A DNA stretch of 64,000 nt from Azolla caroliniana (taxonomy: Eukaryota; Plantae; Polypodiophyta). The position numbers and the translations under genes were made by a program. The notes beneath the pieces were generated by a model. The model was not told the origin of the DNA. It worked only from the letters and a program-made list of their open reading frames with translations, and made no database searches. Location of the stretch: contig JBHGNT010000003.1 in assembly GCA_043228905.1 (NCBI GenBank), forward strand, positions 22,630,001-22,694,000, given 5' to 3'. Every line of letters starts with the position of its first letter. Within the stretch, counting starts at the first letter, position 1. Of the stretch, positions 14,277 through 28,145 are shown in pieces.

Positions 14277-17200
14277 TTAGAAGCCAGCTTGTGCATGAGT
14301 TCCCATGGCAGCGAGATCATCTTGAGAAAGCAAAGTTTTTCTCTTTCCCGTACCCCCTACTTTGTCATATGGTTGTGCCATTCGCCGAAGGAACTGAAAA
14401 TTGAACCAATGCCCCATAATGAAAAAAAAACACGAATAACAATATAAAAATTCCTCGTTAAGTTGATCACAAGTCGGGAAGAAATGATTATAGAAAGTTT
14501 TTGTCCATTTCCTTCATGTCTTTTAAATCGAGCAGTATAAAGTTTAAACCAAATGACAGTTTTCCATTAAAAAAAATATCCAAAAGGATGCTTTCCGTTA
14601 GAAAACAAGTTGGAGGAAATTGATATATCAAAAGTCAAGAATAATTAAATGAAACTCTCCATTAAGAAAAGAAATAAAGCAGAATACTAAACCAAGTTGA
14701 GAAGAAAAAGACGTAAAGTTTCCCACTTAGTCAAGTTGAGAAATTCAAGTCAAGAAGAATGTTGCAAGTAAAAGTATTTTTATTATGTGTGATAATATTT
14801 CTTCGATCAAGAAAAATTGTCACAAGAAAAAACAAATCACCAGAGTGATAGAAAGTTTTAAAAGAAGAATATCAAATAGACAAAGTATTGAATGGATTTT
14901 TTAAAACAAATAAAAGCAAAAGAAGCTATACCTCACGCACAATGTGAAGAGACATATCGGTGCTTAGGTTAAGGTGTGCATCTTTCAAATGGGCAAGTAT
15001 CCACTCAGGAAGTTTTGAACGCTTGTCGTGCCTATTATATCTGGCAATAATGAAAACACTCCATCAATCAACCCAATCACCCAAGTCCCATTTATTTTCT
15101 ACTTGCATTTTTCACAAGTTGTAGACAATAATAGTGAGCAAACTATTAACCCCAGCATGAGATAATTATCTTAATATATTCTTTCATACTGAATGTGAAA
15201 GTGAGACGCCTTTTATAATACATTTACATCTCAAGTGCATGCACAGCTTATGCCATGCCTGTTGTCCCCCCATATCTTAATTAGGTACATATATTAATAT
15301 AACATAGAAATAATAAGGTGATACAAACAAGGTTTCTATATCTTAGGTGGTATAACCAATGATCTATGATAATGAGGTATATGATTCAATTCAGGAAAAC
15401 CCCCATTTTTATGTACATTTTTGATACTCAATCTAACCTCTTATCAGCAAAGATCATCATCCCATAATCTGATTTTGACCGAATGACACGGCCTACACAT
15501 TGAGCAGCTTGCCTCTGAAATTTCAGCTTTCAAAGTGTATAAGATAACCAGAACAATACTCTCAAAATAAAGCAATAATAGAAGAATAAGGATCCCTACA
15601 ACTGCATCAAATGTAAGGAAATCCCCTTCTTTGATTTGGAATGTCTCTCTCAAATACTCCAACCGTGCTATTAAAATCCTGCATCAATATCCCAAACTGA
15701 TTACAATTTATATCAACCATTCTTTTAACTTTTGTAATCTAGAAGAAATGGATTGAAATAATATATAAATCCAGCCAACCACCAACATCTCAAACTGGCA
15801 ACAATATTTAGCGTTTCTAATTTAGAAACAATGGATTGAAATGATATATAGATAAACAGAAACACATATACCTCATACTAACTACAATATAGCATAGACC
15901 AACACAATGAATCTTTAGCTTTTCAATTTTAGAAACAACGGAATGAAATGATATATAAATTCAAAATAACACCAATCAGCAATATCTCAAATTAGGGTAT
16001 TAACTCATAACTTATAAGGGTAATGATCCTATCACATTTAAAAGGCTTGAGGCATGATTCTAAACATGAAGCTCCTCCATTGTCCTCAAGACAATGATTG
16101 CCTTCAATAATTGACATTTCAAATGTTTTTGACAATCCAGTGAGATTATTTATAATGGAAACCCTTTAAAAAAAATTCAATACCACTTACAGTATAAATG
16201 ATACTAGCTTTTTATACCTTGGTCATAGTAGATGAAAGCACCTTATCTATAATACTGAAAAAGCAAAGACAATGCATCTGGATTTGATTTACAATACCTG
16301 CTCAAGGTATATTGAAAAGGAACCCCAAACATGATAACCAAGCGTCCATAGTGCCGATCAAAATCAATTCCTTCTGCCACTTTACCCCTGAAAATTTCAC
16401 ATACTGATGTGTACATTTGTAATGCGCATTTGTCTTGTGTGATAACGTTATGCCAAGTGCATTAAACATTGATTGAATATGCAAAAAAATACCAAATCCC
16501 CTGACTAGTTGACTATTTACCATAATATCTGTAATCTTTCAAAGAGTACAGGAAGACCCTCTACAGCAGTAAATGTATTTGTACAACACAGGTAGTTTTG
16601 GTAATTTTTTGTTTGTTAGAGAGGGATATTCAGATGTTTTTTGGAAAACCACCCGAATCACACAAGGACATTTTTTGGATCTTTGCATTCAAACAAATTA
16701 ATATGAGCTATAAATAAACCTGGCAACGGAGAAGAAAACTGCTCCCCGACCACAATCACAAGCTCTGCGATAATTATCAAGGGCCAGAGTTGTCTCAACC
16801 ACATCCTGAGTCTCTATGAAAACAAGCTTGTGTTGCATTATTTCCTGTCAGTTGGAAGTTAAACTTTAATTAAGGATAGCTTTAGATTGAAGGACCTTGC
16901 TTGACTCAACCCTAAAAATATATAAAGGAGCTCATTGTATCTCACACAACCACAATTTCCAAACACCATAACCCACATAAAAGATTGGAGAAATATATAA
17001 GATTAATCTCATGTTTACATGAATAGAAAGATTCCCATTTTTGTAAGAAGTTTTAAAGGTATTCCCAAATACCACATCATCAGAAATATTCCCATTAGAA
17101 AACTTTACCTGCAATATTCCCATTTCATTCCAACTATTCACTATCCCATCCATGTAGGAGTAGCTGACAAAGAAACAGACAATGCCATCTGGAACTGTAG

Positions 17201-20200
17201 CTACCATTTCCAAAAGAAGCCGCCCATAGTTCCGAACCACACCAGGATCGCTTCGCATATCGAACTTTGTGCTCACTGGAAGCTGATCACTGCAAAGTAT
17301 TATACCATGTCACTTCTTGCTACACCAAGTAAACAATAACACAAGTATGGGCACATCGACAGGGATACAAATCAAGGTGTACAAAATACATCAGAAAATA
17401 CCGCTAACTTGTTGGGTATTTACCCTAATATACCTAAGTTTACAAAATCTACCACAATAACCTTATGCCATACAAAATTCTTACAATTACATAAGGTAAT
17501 TCTGGCAATTCTTAAAAACTTAAGGGTTTCCAACAAGTAAAGGGGTATTTTGGGTGATTTGCCCAATTAACTAATCAATTTGATTCACCTGCCACGGGTG
17601 AGAACCATGGGGCATAGGCAATCTCTTGTCAATGACATCGTGAAACTTTGACTGATCACTGGATTAAAATTCAGGAGCTTTGGGTACAGATCTATAGGAC
17701 TTAACGTCCCTGATGTTATAACAACAGACTGAAAGCGTTCAAATACTGGCTTGATTGCTAGTGATGCATCAAGACAACAAAGCTGCAAGGGCAATACACA
17801 CATATTATTAAAACTACAAATAGTACACTTTCAGGAAATTCTACCGAAATACAGCTCTTTTTCTATGAAATTCCCATCTCTCTCTCTCTCCCCACTAAGT
17901 GCAGAATAATAATAGCTCAACTAATGAGATTCTCTGGTGCCTCAGGCAGTTAATATATCTTTCTTTCTTTATTAAAATATATCAATATAGCTTTCTTTCT
18001 TTATTAAAATATATCAATATAGCTTTCTTTCTTTCGTTCTTGCCTCTCTCTCTCTCTCTCTGTCTCCCACTAAGTTCAGAATGTTAAGAGCTCAGCTAAT
18101 GAATTTGTTGGTGCATTAGGAAGCGCAACTAATTTAATTATGTTTATTTTTGCTTTTTCTCAGAGATGAGACAACATTTTCAGATGTAGTTTCTCATTTA
18201 GTCTCATAGGCCATTTTAGTCTCTTGAAAAGCATTAATATATCTTTTCTCTTTCTTTCTTTCAGAATTGTATTTTGTCAGAAATTTGGGGACATGTTACT
18301 AGGCAATTTGTAGGAAGAAAACAACTATGATTGACAAAGCTAGATTGAGAAGGATAACGACAACCAATGACAACAATATATACACTAACCTGCAAAACAG
18401 GATCAGGTATATGGGGCATACGCTCATCAAACGGTTCAATAATGATGGAGAAGCCCCGAGCATAAGTACCTACTAAAGTAGCAAAGTTACAAATGGTCTG
18501 TATATGAAGAAACTCATCAGTATCTGTTATCTCCAATGTAAGTAATAGAGAATGTAGGCGATCGTGGCAAAACTTCAACGTCTTCTGATCTATATACGTC
18601 TGTGAATTCAAAGACAATACGAAAGATGTTGGCCCCTCGCTTTCGACCTTCTCAGTACGAAGTCTTGTCTTGAGATAGTCTAAAAGTCTTCTTAGAACAT
18701 CGAGAAAATGTTCAGCCCTCCTTATGCTTCCAGGTACTGCCTCTTTCAAGATGTCATCGGGTAATGTAGGATTCGCAAGCCAATCATCGGAGGCTGCAAT
18801 ACAATAATACCACATCCAAAATTATAAATAGAAAATAGAGAGAAGAACAAAAACATCACTATGTTCTTGTAAATGGTGTGACTTGTGGTTTTCTAAAGGA
18901 TAAGCTATCACCATGCATTTCAGTTTAACATTTTTTAGACATTCCATTTCACAAACTTCTCTAACTCCAAAAACATGTGAAACAATATGGCTACTAATAT
19001 ATCCTTTACGTGCTGGTCCCTATGATGCTTATGCAAACACAATGAAGCTGATACGTTGAAGCTATATATAGGTGCAGATAACCAAAAATGTGATAGTGGG
19101 TTTTGAATGAATTACATACATCTAGCCTTAAAATGGATCAATATATTAAAGTCAATGAAGACAAATACCATCTAGAGCCAATGGATGCATAAGTGGAATT
19201 GACCATCCTCTTAAAACACTATGGAAAACATCTTCATAGCATCAGAATTTATCTATAGTTTCACCCATTGCCATCCTAAAATACAAACAAGGAAACCCAA
19301 ATGTCGGGTCACCTGATCAATATCAGTTCTGCTCAAACACTTTCTAAACTTCAATGCGGAAATTTTCTAAGGTGTAAGTAACAAATTCAAACATCACCTC
19401 CTATCAAGTGACCTTTACATGAATATCTTGTCAACATCTGGATGTCAAAATTACCTGAGACATTAAAATGTGCGAAGGCTAAAAATACATCATACTGAAT
19501 AACTTTTCGTATTACATATTTGAATATAGTTCATATTAGATATTTGACATAATATATGGCCATATTGATCCCAGTCTGAGATTTTTTCAAACCTCTTGTG
19601 CACACACTTAAGCATACAAAAATTATAAGTATGACATTCATGTTTCATACCACGTAAATTCCCTTGTTGAGCTAAGCCTTCCACAAGCCGATTATATTCT
19701 TGACGTAGACGGTTAGCATCTGTTGCCTTGAACCTTTGAATCATCCATTCAACCCATTTATTTGCTTCAATAAGCCACTAGAAACAGCAACAAATTTACA
19801 TTCCCCAACTCAGCAATACCAAGCATAACCAAGGCATGACCTCTTAATCATGACACTCGCAAGGAAACATAGAATAAAAACAATGCCTCTTGTGATATTA
19901 CTCTTAGCAAACGATTCTGACAAAAATATGCATATTAAATACATATAATTCCTATATAGGAATCCTATACACACATACATAGTAAGATATTATGCTGTGA
20001 GACCTAGACATCAGAACATTGATGCTAAAAAAAAATATCTTCTTCTATGTGGTTGATGCCAGATCATGCACACTATCAATTTGATCCTAAAATGATAGCT
20101 TCACAAAATTCATTTTCCATGACCCAAGGGTTGAAAAAGATTGTGTTTCCATATATTAATTCAATTCTACAGATATACGTGGGTGCCTGTCAAACAAAGC

Positions 20201-21341
20201 TGACCTGATGCCAAAATTCATGTTTTTTCCATCCCAAATCAACAAAAGGAAAATGCTAATAAAACAATGTGAATTATGAGGATATGAGACCTAGACATCA
20301 TCATTCATGACAATAAACAGTCCTCTACCTAAACAATTCCTTACTTATCACAACAACTAAATATTGAAAACAATATAATTTCCTTAGCAAAACTATGTGA
20401 CTATTAAATTATGATAACCCATTGATCACTAAGAGAACAAAATATCTCATGATTTATGCTTACTTCTGTATTGTTTGCGATATTTTACTAAGATTGCGAG
20501 TGGCTCCATCAACAGTTTGCTGTCGAATATTAACACTAAGTGCTTCAATGCACACGTTATCAATGTTATGAGCTTCATCAAAAACAACTACACATTCTTT
20601 CTCCATCTCTCTTGAGATAATACCCGAGACTTTTGGGTCCAGAAGGTATTGATAGTTATAAACCACTACATTAGCAAACTGAATCATATGCCTTGCAACG
20701 AAATAAGGGCACCAATTCTTCTGCTTTCCATAGCTTCTCAGGTCTTGAAGTGTATATACACCTGCGGGGAGCAGTGCTTCGGACCCTTTCTTATCATATT
20801 CTTCAAAGAACGGACATAATTCGATATCATCATTATGATTCGTATCATCGCCGTCATCATTGGGCATATTCTTCTTTGTTTTCCTCTTCGCCATCTTCTC
20901 CATAGCATTAGCTCTAACCCAAGAAGCAGTGAGTTTCCTACACCCAGCATCAACAGATTCTCTCGATCCTTGGCTGCCAACAGTTGGATGGATGCAAAGA
21001 TTTTTGCGAGAGCTCAATCCGAGGGCTAAGATTCTCGCTGACTTTTGACCTAATTCTTTCTCTTGGTAAGCCTGTAAGGTCTTGAGCTCATCGAGTACCT
21101 TCTCCATCTCATGAACAGTGCGAGTGCAGTAGATGAGCTTACCCGAGGAAGGATGGGAGATCTGATAGCTGGTGATAAGCGAGAGGAGAGTGATGGTCTT
21201 TCCTGTGCCAGTGGGCATTTCCAGGAGGCAATGCCCTCGTGCGTCCAACGCCCTTTTCAGTTCCACCATGTACTGATGCTGCTCTGGGTAAATGTACTCG
21301 TACGGGAAGTATACTGTCACATCCTCGATCTTGAACTTCAT
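14277..21341 (-). CDS. XPD: TFIIH/NER 5'-3' Fe-S DNA helicase XPD (ERCC2/UVH6), 778 aa, 11 exons
   Basis: Exons 21341-20464, 19733-19651, 18793-18390, 17782-17589, 17289-17109, 16844-16720, 16387-16298, 15678-15600, 15514-15438, 15040-14932 and 14393-14277 total 2337 nt in frame with GT-AG introns. Motifs [27 protein letters not shown] and [10 protein letters not shown], plus four Fe-S cysteines. Confidence 0.97.
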
Positions 21342-21405
21342 GGCCACAGGGCAGATTGATCGATGGACAGAGACGAAGGAAGGCAATGAAGAAACAGAGT
21401 ATGGC

Positions 21406-21413
21406 TATTTATA
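21406..21413 (-). promoter_or_regulatory. TATA box of XPD
   Basis: TATAAATA on the minus strand 65 bp upstream of the ATG at 21341. Confidence 0.5.
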
Positions 21414-21457
21414 GGGCAAGCGCTCTGTTTTGGAAGATGCTTTTGTGGGAATGTTGA

Positions 21458-21518
21458 ATGTATGTATGTACATATGTATGAATGTATGTATGTATTGTAT
21501 GTATTGTATGTATGTATA
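21458..21518. repeat. (TATG)n imperfect microsatellite in the XPD promoter
   Basis: atgtatgtatgtacatatgtatgaatgtatgtatgtattgtatgt... Confidence 0.85.
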
Positions 21519-21686
21519 TGCTCATGACCATTCGCTACCAAATCATAATGAGGCTTCGCAAGAGAATTGCGGCCACAGAGGGAAGGTGCAAAGCGTGTTG
21601 CGCATGCGATCTGGACCGGTAGATCTTTATCCAAAAAAGCACGCGACTTGCTAGAAACAAGGTTCTGACCATCCTCTGTCACCAGT

Positions 21687-22048
21687 TGTTAAGGAAAATA
21701 GATTGGATAGAAGAACTCGTTCCTCCCGACCACCCTCGAGCTATGACCTAGACATAGCCTACCTACCACCGACATCCCATACCGTCGGATATTAGGATGA
21801 CTAATACCTTGGAAGAGATAACACAATCGTTGAGATGAAAGCCTAGCCCGCACCATCGGTGTCTAAGACAACAACCTTCCGACGTAATATGCCTATGAGG
21901 GTAGCTAAGCCTCATATTTATACCTCTCCCTAGGCCCCTTGAATAGATGTACCTTTCTAAAAGACTCTCCATTCATTGGTTGTCCAAATCATGATAGTGT
22001 ATACACCAATCATTCCTTCTATCCAATCACATTAGTCCCTTTTTAACA
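21687..22048 (-). mobile_element. Solo LTR
   Basis: TGTTAA...TTAACA termini; flanks CCAGT/TTAGT fit a 5-bp TSD with two C>T changes; minus-strand TATAAATA at 21915-21922. Confidence 0.65.
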
Positions 22049-22099
22049 TTAGTGAACATACCCTTCACTTATGTAAATATTAGTGACCTACCCTTACTT

Positions 22100-25000
22100 A
22101 CGTTATGTGTACATTACACCAGTAACCCAACTCTGCCCCTTCTACTGTCATTGATAACCCGATCCTATCGGGTTATTACCTCCAAAAGCCCGGCTCTTTT
22201 GGGTTACCCAAGTAACTTAGCTCTATCAAGAGTAACCCAACTAACACGAGTAACCCGACTGAAAATTTTTGTAAGCAGAAATAATGAGAATAACCTATTT
22301 TTGTGAGTTCAAAAACTTCTAAGTTCATAAAAAATTTCAAAGATCAAAATCTTTGAGTTTTAGATGTATAAAAACTCCACCATGGAAATTAAAACACAAA
22401 GTTCAGCATGAAAATTAAAATTTGGGCCACCATGAAAATTACAGTGACCCTTAAAATTTCAGCCACCATGAAACTTAAAATGTCAGAAAAGTTCGATGGG
22501 GAAAAGCTTCAAAGGTCACACATACTCTACAAAACCACAATCACCTAACTCTTCAAATTCTAGAGACACGGCAAATTACATACAATCAAAATTTACAAAA
22601 TGGAATGGCAAAATTCCAAGATTTACAGTATCAATAGGCCCAAAACACAATGTGCCCGTTTTGCCATATTTATCCAAATGAGTTGCATGTCTTTATGTCC
22701 AAACCAATGCTCAAACCCCTGTCAAACAACAATTATAAGAACCTACATGTGAGGACTAACTGTACACAATTAGAATATGAAAGACACTTACAAAATCTGG
22801 AGATCCAAACCTTGTATGAAATCCTCCACTAGCATATGAATAGTTTGCATCACATAATATCCATAATTAGTCTCATTGGGTTGAGTTGGGATGTGGAGTT
22901 CATGATGTTGGTTCTTCGTTATGATGCAATGGTATCCATGCGTGCTTGAGACCATCCTTACATCCATCTCTAGAAAACTCTTCCAGAAAAGGGTTGCTAG
23001 ATTATTTGATGGATTACAAAATACAACCTAGTTGGTCACCTTCTGTGCATCCAAACCAATTGGATTGTTGTGCATCTTTATCCAAAGTACCCAATGTCTG
23101 ACATGCAATGTGGGTATGAATATAAAATCCTCCTCTTGCACACATCGTGGCAAGTTGCACCCAAAGTGGATCAACAATCAAATACCAACAAGAGACCTCT
23201 TGTGGATATAAATATTCCATCCACATGCTCAATATGTTCATGGTCCATGTGGATGACATCTCCCCCAACATAAATCAGCCTCACCAACATAAACCGATGG
23301 GTCCAATCTTTGACAAGCAAGTTGGAGTGAGTTTTTTTATACAAAATATACAAGGATCACAAGCCATTAACACTTGTTGCTTCTGGTTAACAAAATGAAC
23401 AAGCCCAAATTGCTTTGGCATACCTGGTGAACTTATTACCATTTGTAATGGTTTGTGATCTTGTGGCTTTCCCATACGCAATGTGAACAATTCCAACGTC
23501 CTCAGCTTCCACTCCTGAATCGGATGGAATCTCCTCATATAGGGTTGGGTTCACCTCTTTCCATTGGACATGGATTTTTGCCCTTCTTAGTCGAGTTGAC
23601 GTGCAATCAAACAATGGGTTCTATCCACAATTGATTGAGATGTGCCCATCATTGTTGGATTTCTCCAACCAATGAGCATTACACTAAAGTTGCGAAGATT
23701 GGAATCAACATATTAGCAAAGCAATGCATTTCGAATGTCACCAATCGAGAGAAACACAATACTTAACGTAAGATTCATGTCAATTAGTCATCTTTAATTT
23801 GAGCTTCTCCATCCGTTGTTCTTTTCTTGAGTCGTATATTGTCATCTCGTCACATGTGAACTTGGCAACAAATTCTAACTCTTGTCTGGTTCGGAGTGGT
23901 CTAGTCATTGCATTGAACTAGTTAAGCACTCTCGTCCTCAACTTTCTCTAATACAACTAGTGATATCGATTGTATTTAAGTTTGGCATTAAAAAAACACT
24001 TTATTGACCTTTCCCTTTCGTAGTTGTTCAAGTATTGTCTTTTTTTAGAGTCAAATGCTCCTCTTCCTCTATCTTCAACCCTATTGGAAACACTACATTA
24101 ATACCATGTACCTTCCACAAATGTGACTCCATCTCCATTTTCTTATGAAACCAGTGTGGGTTTTGTCGGCATGACTTTGTAATGATACATGTCCGAGATT
24201 TGGTCCCCATCAAATCTCGAACACACTTAAAGAATGAGATTGGGTCGAATTCATTTGTTGTGAAAGTGTTGGTAATGACATATACATTAGAATGCACCAA
24301 TATAGACATACCAGTAGTTGGAATACAAGGATGTGCACAAACTTACCTTTTGGAGGAGCATCAACATCTAATGGCTCAAGTTCCGGTATTGGGTCTCCAA
24401 CCTCATTAGTCCCTGCTTTTGCCACCTCCATGTTGTTTTCAACCTCCAACTTGGCAGATATGTTGCTTCTTATACTCCTTACGAAAACCCTGCAAACCAA
24501 AACTAAAGTTAGCACACATGAATCAAAATTATAGTCCCATACACATTGTTAAAGAATGAATCGTGTCATACCTCCCTTCATTGGGTCTTCTTTCACCCCA
24601 ATCAGAATCAAACTCTACGAACTTTGAGGACTTGGCAGCCATCAATGCAAGCAAGGCAGAATCCAAAAATTATGAAACTAATGACCCTTGCAAGAACATC
24701 AATACCAATGACCCATCCACATTTTATCCATCCCAACCTTTTCCTTTCACTCACCAATAGGCAAGTTTTTCAAAATCATCCAATGCACAGTCTGCATGTA
24801 CCCACAAGAATCTAAACCTTAATACCATATTTCAACAACATTTTATCCATTCATTCACATTTTACCCAACCCAACAGTTTCCTTTCACTCACCAACATGC
24901 AAGTTTTTCCAAATCATTGGAAAACATGCAATCAAAAGCAAAGGGATAAGAAATCAATAAAATACATACCATGCAAGTATGCAAGTGCAGGTAGGTATAA

Positions 25001-25409
25001 ATGGTTGGCAGGTGCACGTAGTCTGAGCTCTTCCCTCCTAAAACCCAATTGCGGCAAGCACATTGTCGATTCAAAAAGGGACAACAATGACTAGACATAA
25101 GGGTTTTAGTTAACACCAATTTGGAGCCAGGTTATTGCTACAAGCTGAGCTATATTGGAATTAAGATTTGAGTTGGTTATTGCTATAAGTTGGGCTATTG
25201 CAATGTGTCAGGTTATTGCGATCAATCAGGCTAATGAGCTTTCTACGGAGTCGGGTTAGTGCTCCAAGCAAGGCTAGTGAGATTTCTACTAAGTCAGGTT
25301 ATTGTGATGAGTCTAGCTATTGATATGAGTTGAATCAGATTACTGCTTCGAGCCAGGCTACTAAGACGAATAAAGTCAGGTTACTAAGATGAGTCAAGCT
25401 ACGGTTACC
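22100..25409. mobile_element. Decayed DNA transposon with inverted subterminal repeat arrays
   Basis: TAACCC(G/A)ACT-like motifs cluster at 22100-22260 and their reverse complements (AGTC(A/G)GGTTA) cluster at 25124-25409. Only broken ORFs lie between. Confidence 0.55.
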
Positions 25410-28145
25410 AAGAAATCAAATTTTACAATGGTTCGCTTTTTTTCGATAATGATGTGATGGTGCAGATCGCACACAGCCTCATAAATGCACCCAACACCGT
25501 TCGTGTCCGCAATTCCCTCACCAATCCTCTTTATGATTTGCTCATGACAATCTTTTCCTTCTTGATTGTGTGTGCACGTACTTATAGTTATAAACATGTG
25601 GTCTTGACCACAAGAGAGTGAGCTTCTTCCCTAGGGATTCAATGCGCCGGAGGCTTGTTGAGATCCTATGAACATTTGCCCTCAATTTGCACTAGGAAGA
25701 TGTGTCCAATAATGTGTGTGCACATCCGCACTCTTGCATCCTGTGTACATAACATATAATATGACACACAAGTGTTTGTATCGAACTATGTGTGCACGTG
25801 AAACTTTGTAAGTGCATGCACAGATGAATTGGTGCATGTGTATTTGCATTTTACATGTATTGTGTGAATACTTGTTTTACATGCGTAAGAGTGTGCCAAT
25901 ATGCCTCGTTTCGATTATGCATAATCCATCATGTAATTGTGTGGGTGTTTATGTTACTCTTATGTGTGTACACATATGTGTCTTCGCCTTCATTTGTTGC
26001 TCATCAACAAGTTACAAGGACGAGGGCCTCCTTTTCGATTTGTATAATCAATCATGTAATTGTGTTGGTGTTCATGTTACTCATATGTGTTTATGTGTGT
26101 CTTCACCTTCTTCATTTGTTGCCCATCAACAAGCTACAAAGGCCTCCTTTTCTTCTTCATGGAATTTTCCACAAATCAACTCTTCTTGAAAAAGTTTCCA
26201 TGAAACCAACCTTTGTCGGAAACTTTCCACAAAGTGAATCTCCATGTAAAATATAAAGAATCGAATCAAACAAATTAGCTAAATATCATCAATTACTAAA
26301 AGGCAACATGATACAATTCAATGGATTAGCAAAGGCCTTCAAAAGATCAATCCAAAAATCCAAGCATTAAAGTGTAACCAATCTAATTGTTAACAACTAA
26401 ATATAGACAATCCATAACAAGAAAATTATTCCAATATAAGCACAAAAATCATTCCAATTAATGTGTACAAATGCATTTCAATTGTCTTGCAAGTACAAAA
26501 TCATTACAATGGATAACCACACAATCATTCCAACTATTAAACTCTAAATCATAGTCCCAATCCAATCCATTAACATCTAAACATCCCAATTACTTAGCAC
26601 TAATCCAATCATGAATATAGAATACATCTAATTAATGACTAAAGCAACCCAAATAACAAGCATAGATAGAATCAATTCAATTGCAGCATTAATCAACCAA
26701 ATTGACAAACAATGAGTTGATTTATTTCAATTACAAATCATTGTAATAATGCATAAGCTAAAATAGCAAACACAAAATCACTTGCAAACACATTAACCAA
26801 TGAGCACAGAAACAATTGAAATCCCCTTGACTAGTACAACAAATAAGCATAAGAACCTCAAATACTCCAATTAATAACCAACCCACTAGTGACAATGGAA
26901 CTACACTAGATCAATCAATCTATAGAGTTATAAACAAGACTAACTAATCCAACCAGTCACTATCTAGGTGATCAATTAATCCAATGCAATACAATACTCG
27001 CAAGTCAATTAAGTCACCAATGTACTATCAATTTGGTTGATTTAGAGTTTTCACCAAATCAATTGATTAAATCACTAATTTACCAAGTCAATTAAGAAAT
27101 ACATTGGTTATAACTACCAAGTCAGTTGATTAACACAATAAGATACTAACAAGTCAACTAATTAATCCAATGTATTTATAGCCCATTTGTTTAATCAAAT
27201 ATATTATCATCAAGCCAATCAATCTAATACCAGGCAGTAACAGCAAGACAATTGATAAATCCATTGAGCAATGAGGTGCTGAATTACTAGCAAGTCAATT
27301 TGTAATTTAATGAGTCAGTAGAAGCAGATCAATTCATTAATCCTGTGAATTCATCAAAAAACCAAATGAGTCACTAGCACATCTAACAATTGCTTAATCC
27401 ATTAAATTACCAGCAAGGCACTTCACCTTCTATTAGTTTACCAGGAAACTCAATTTACAAATCCAATGAGTTAGCAGAAACAAGCCAACTCATTAGCACA
27501 ATGGATTCATCAATTTACTAAATGAAGTCCAAACAATTGGATCAAATGTTAGTAACAAACCAAACGATTAACCCAACATGTTATTAGCAAGCCAATCAAA
27601 CACATTTGATCAATACACTGGTACTGCAAGTCAATGAATCAATCAATCCAAGTCAAGGTAAAATACCAAAACACAAGAACCAGACACCAACAAAAACACA
27701 GAATTTAGCGAGCTTTTGATATGCTAAGAAATTGTTCTTCAACTTCTCCTGAAACAGTAATAGGATCGGAAAGGATTCCAATGTTCCCACAGAAAAAGAA
27801 GAAACTGTACACTAAAGTTACAATGGCATGCTTTTTGGTTCGTCTATAACTGTCAAGTCATTCTATTGCTACGGCTATGGCTATTGTCTATGGCTTCTTC
27901 ATTCTTCTTCTTCCTCATCTTCATTGTCTGTACTGTCTTCCATAAGGAAAAATGTCTTCTCGGAATAGGGGCAGTGTTGGGGAACACCATTTCTTTTCAC
28001 GGAAACGGAGGATACGAAATAAACGGAAACAAGAGGAAGATAAGGTCAAAAGGAATCAGTTACGGTAAAAGCTTAAAGAGGAAAGGATATGGACGAAAAA
28101 ACTAAGGTACAGAAACCCAGGGAAGAGAAGAAAAAGAAGACTTTC

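Noticed and set aside
13976-14320. 114-aa ORF next to the XPD stop
   Set aside because: Out-of-frame overlap with the last XPD exon and 3'UTR; no recognisable motif.
17870-18110. Local duplications in an XPD intron
   Set aside because: Microsatellite-associated slippage duplications with no sign of function.
21342-21386. Upstream start given by the ORF track for XPD (MPSFVSV...)
   Set aside because: Non-ATG start; the conserved N-terminus [14 protein letters not shown] begins at the ATG at 21341.
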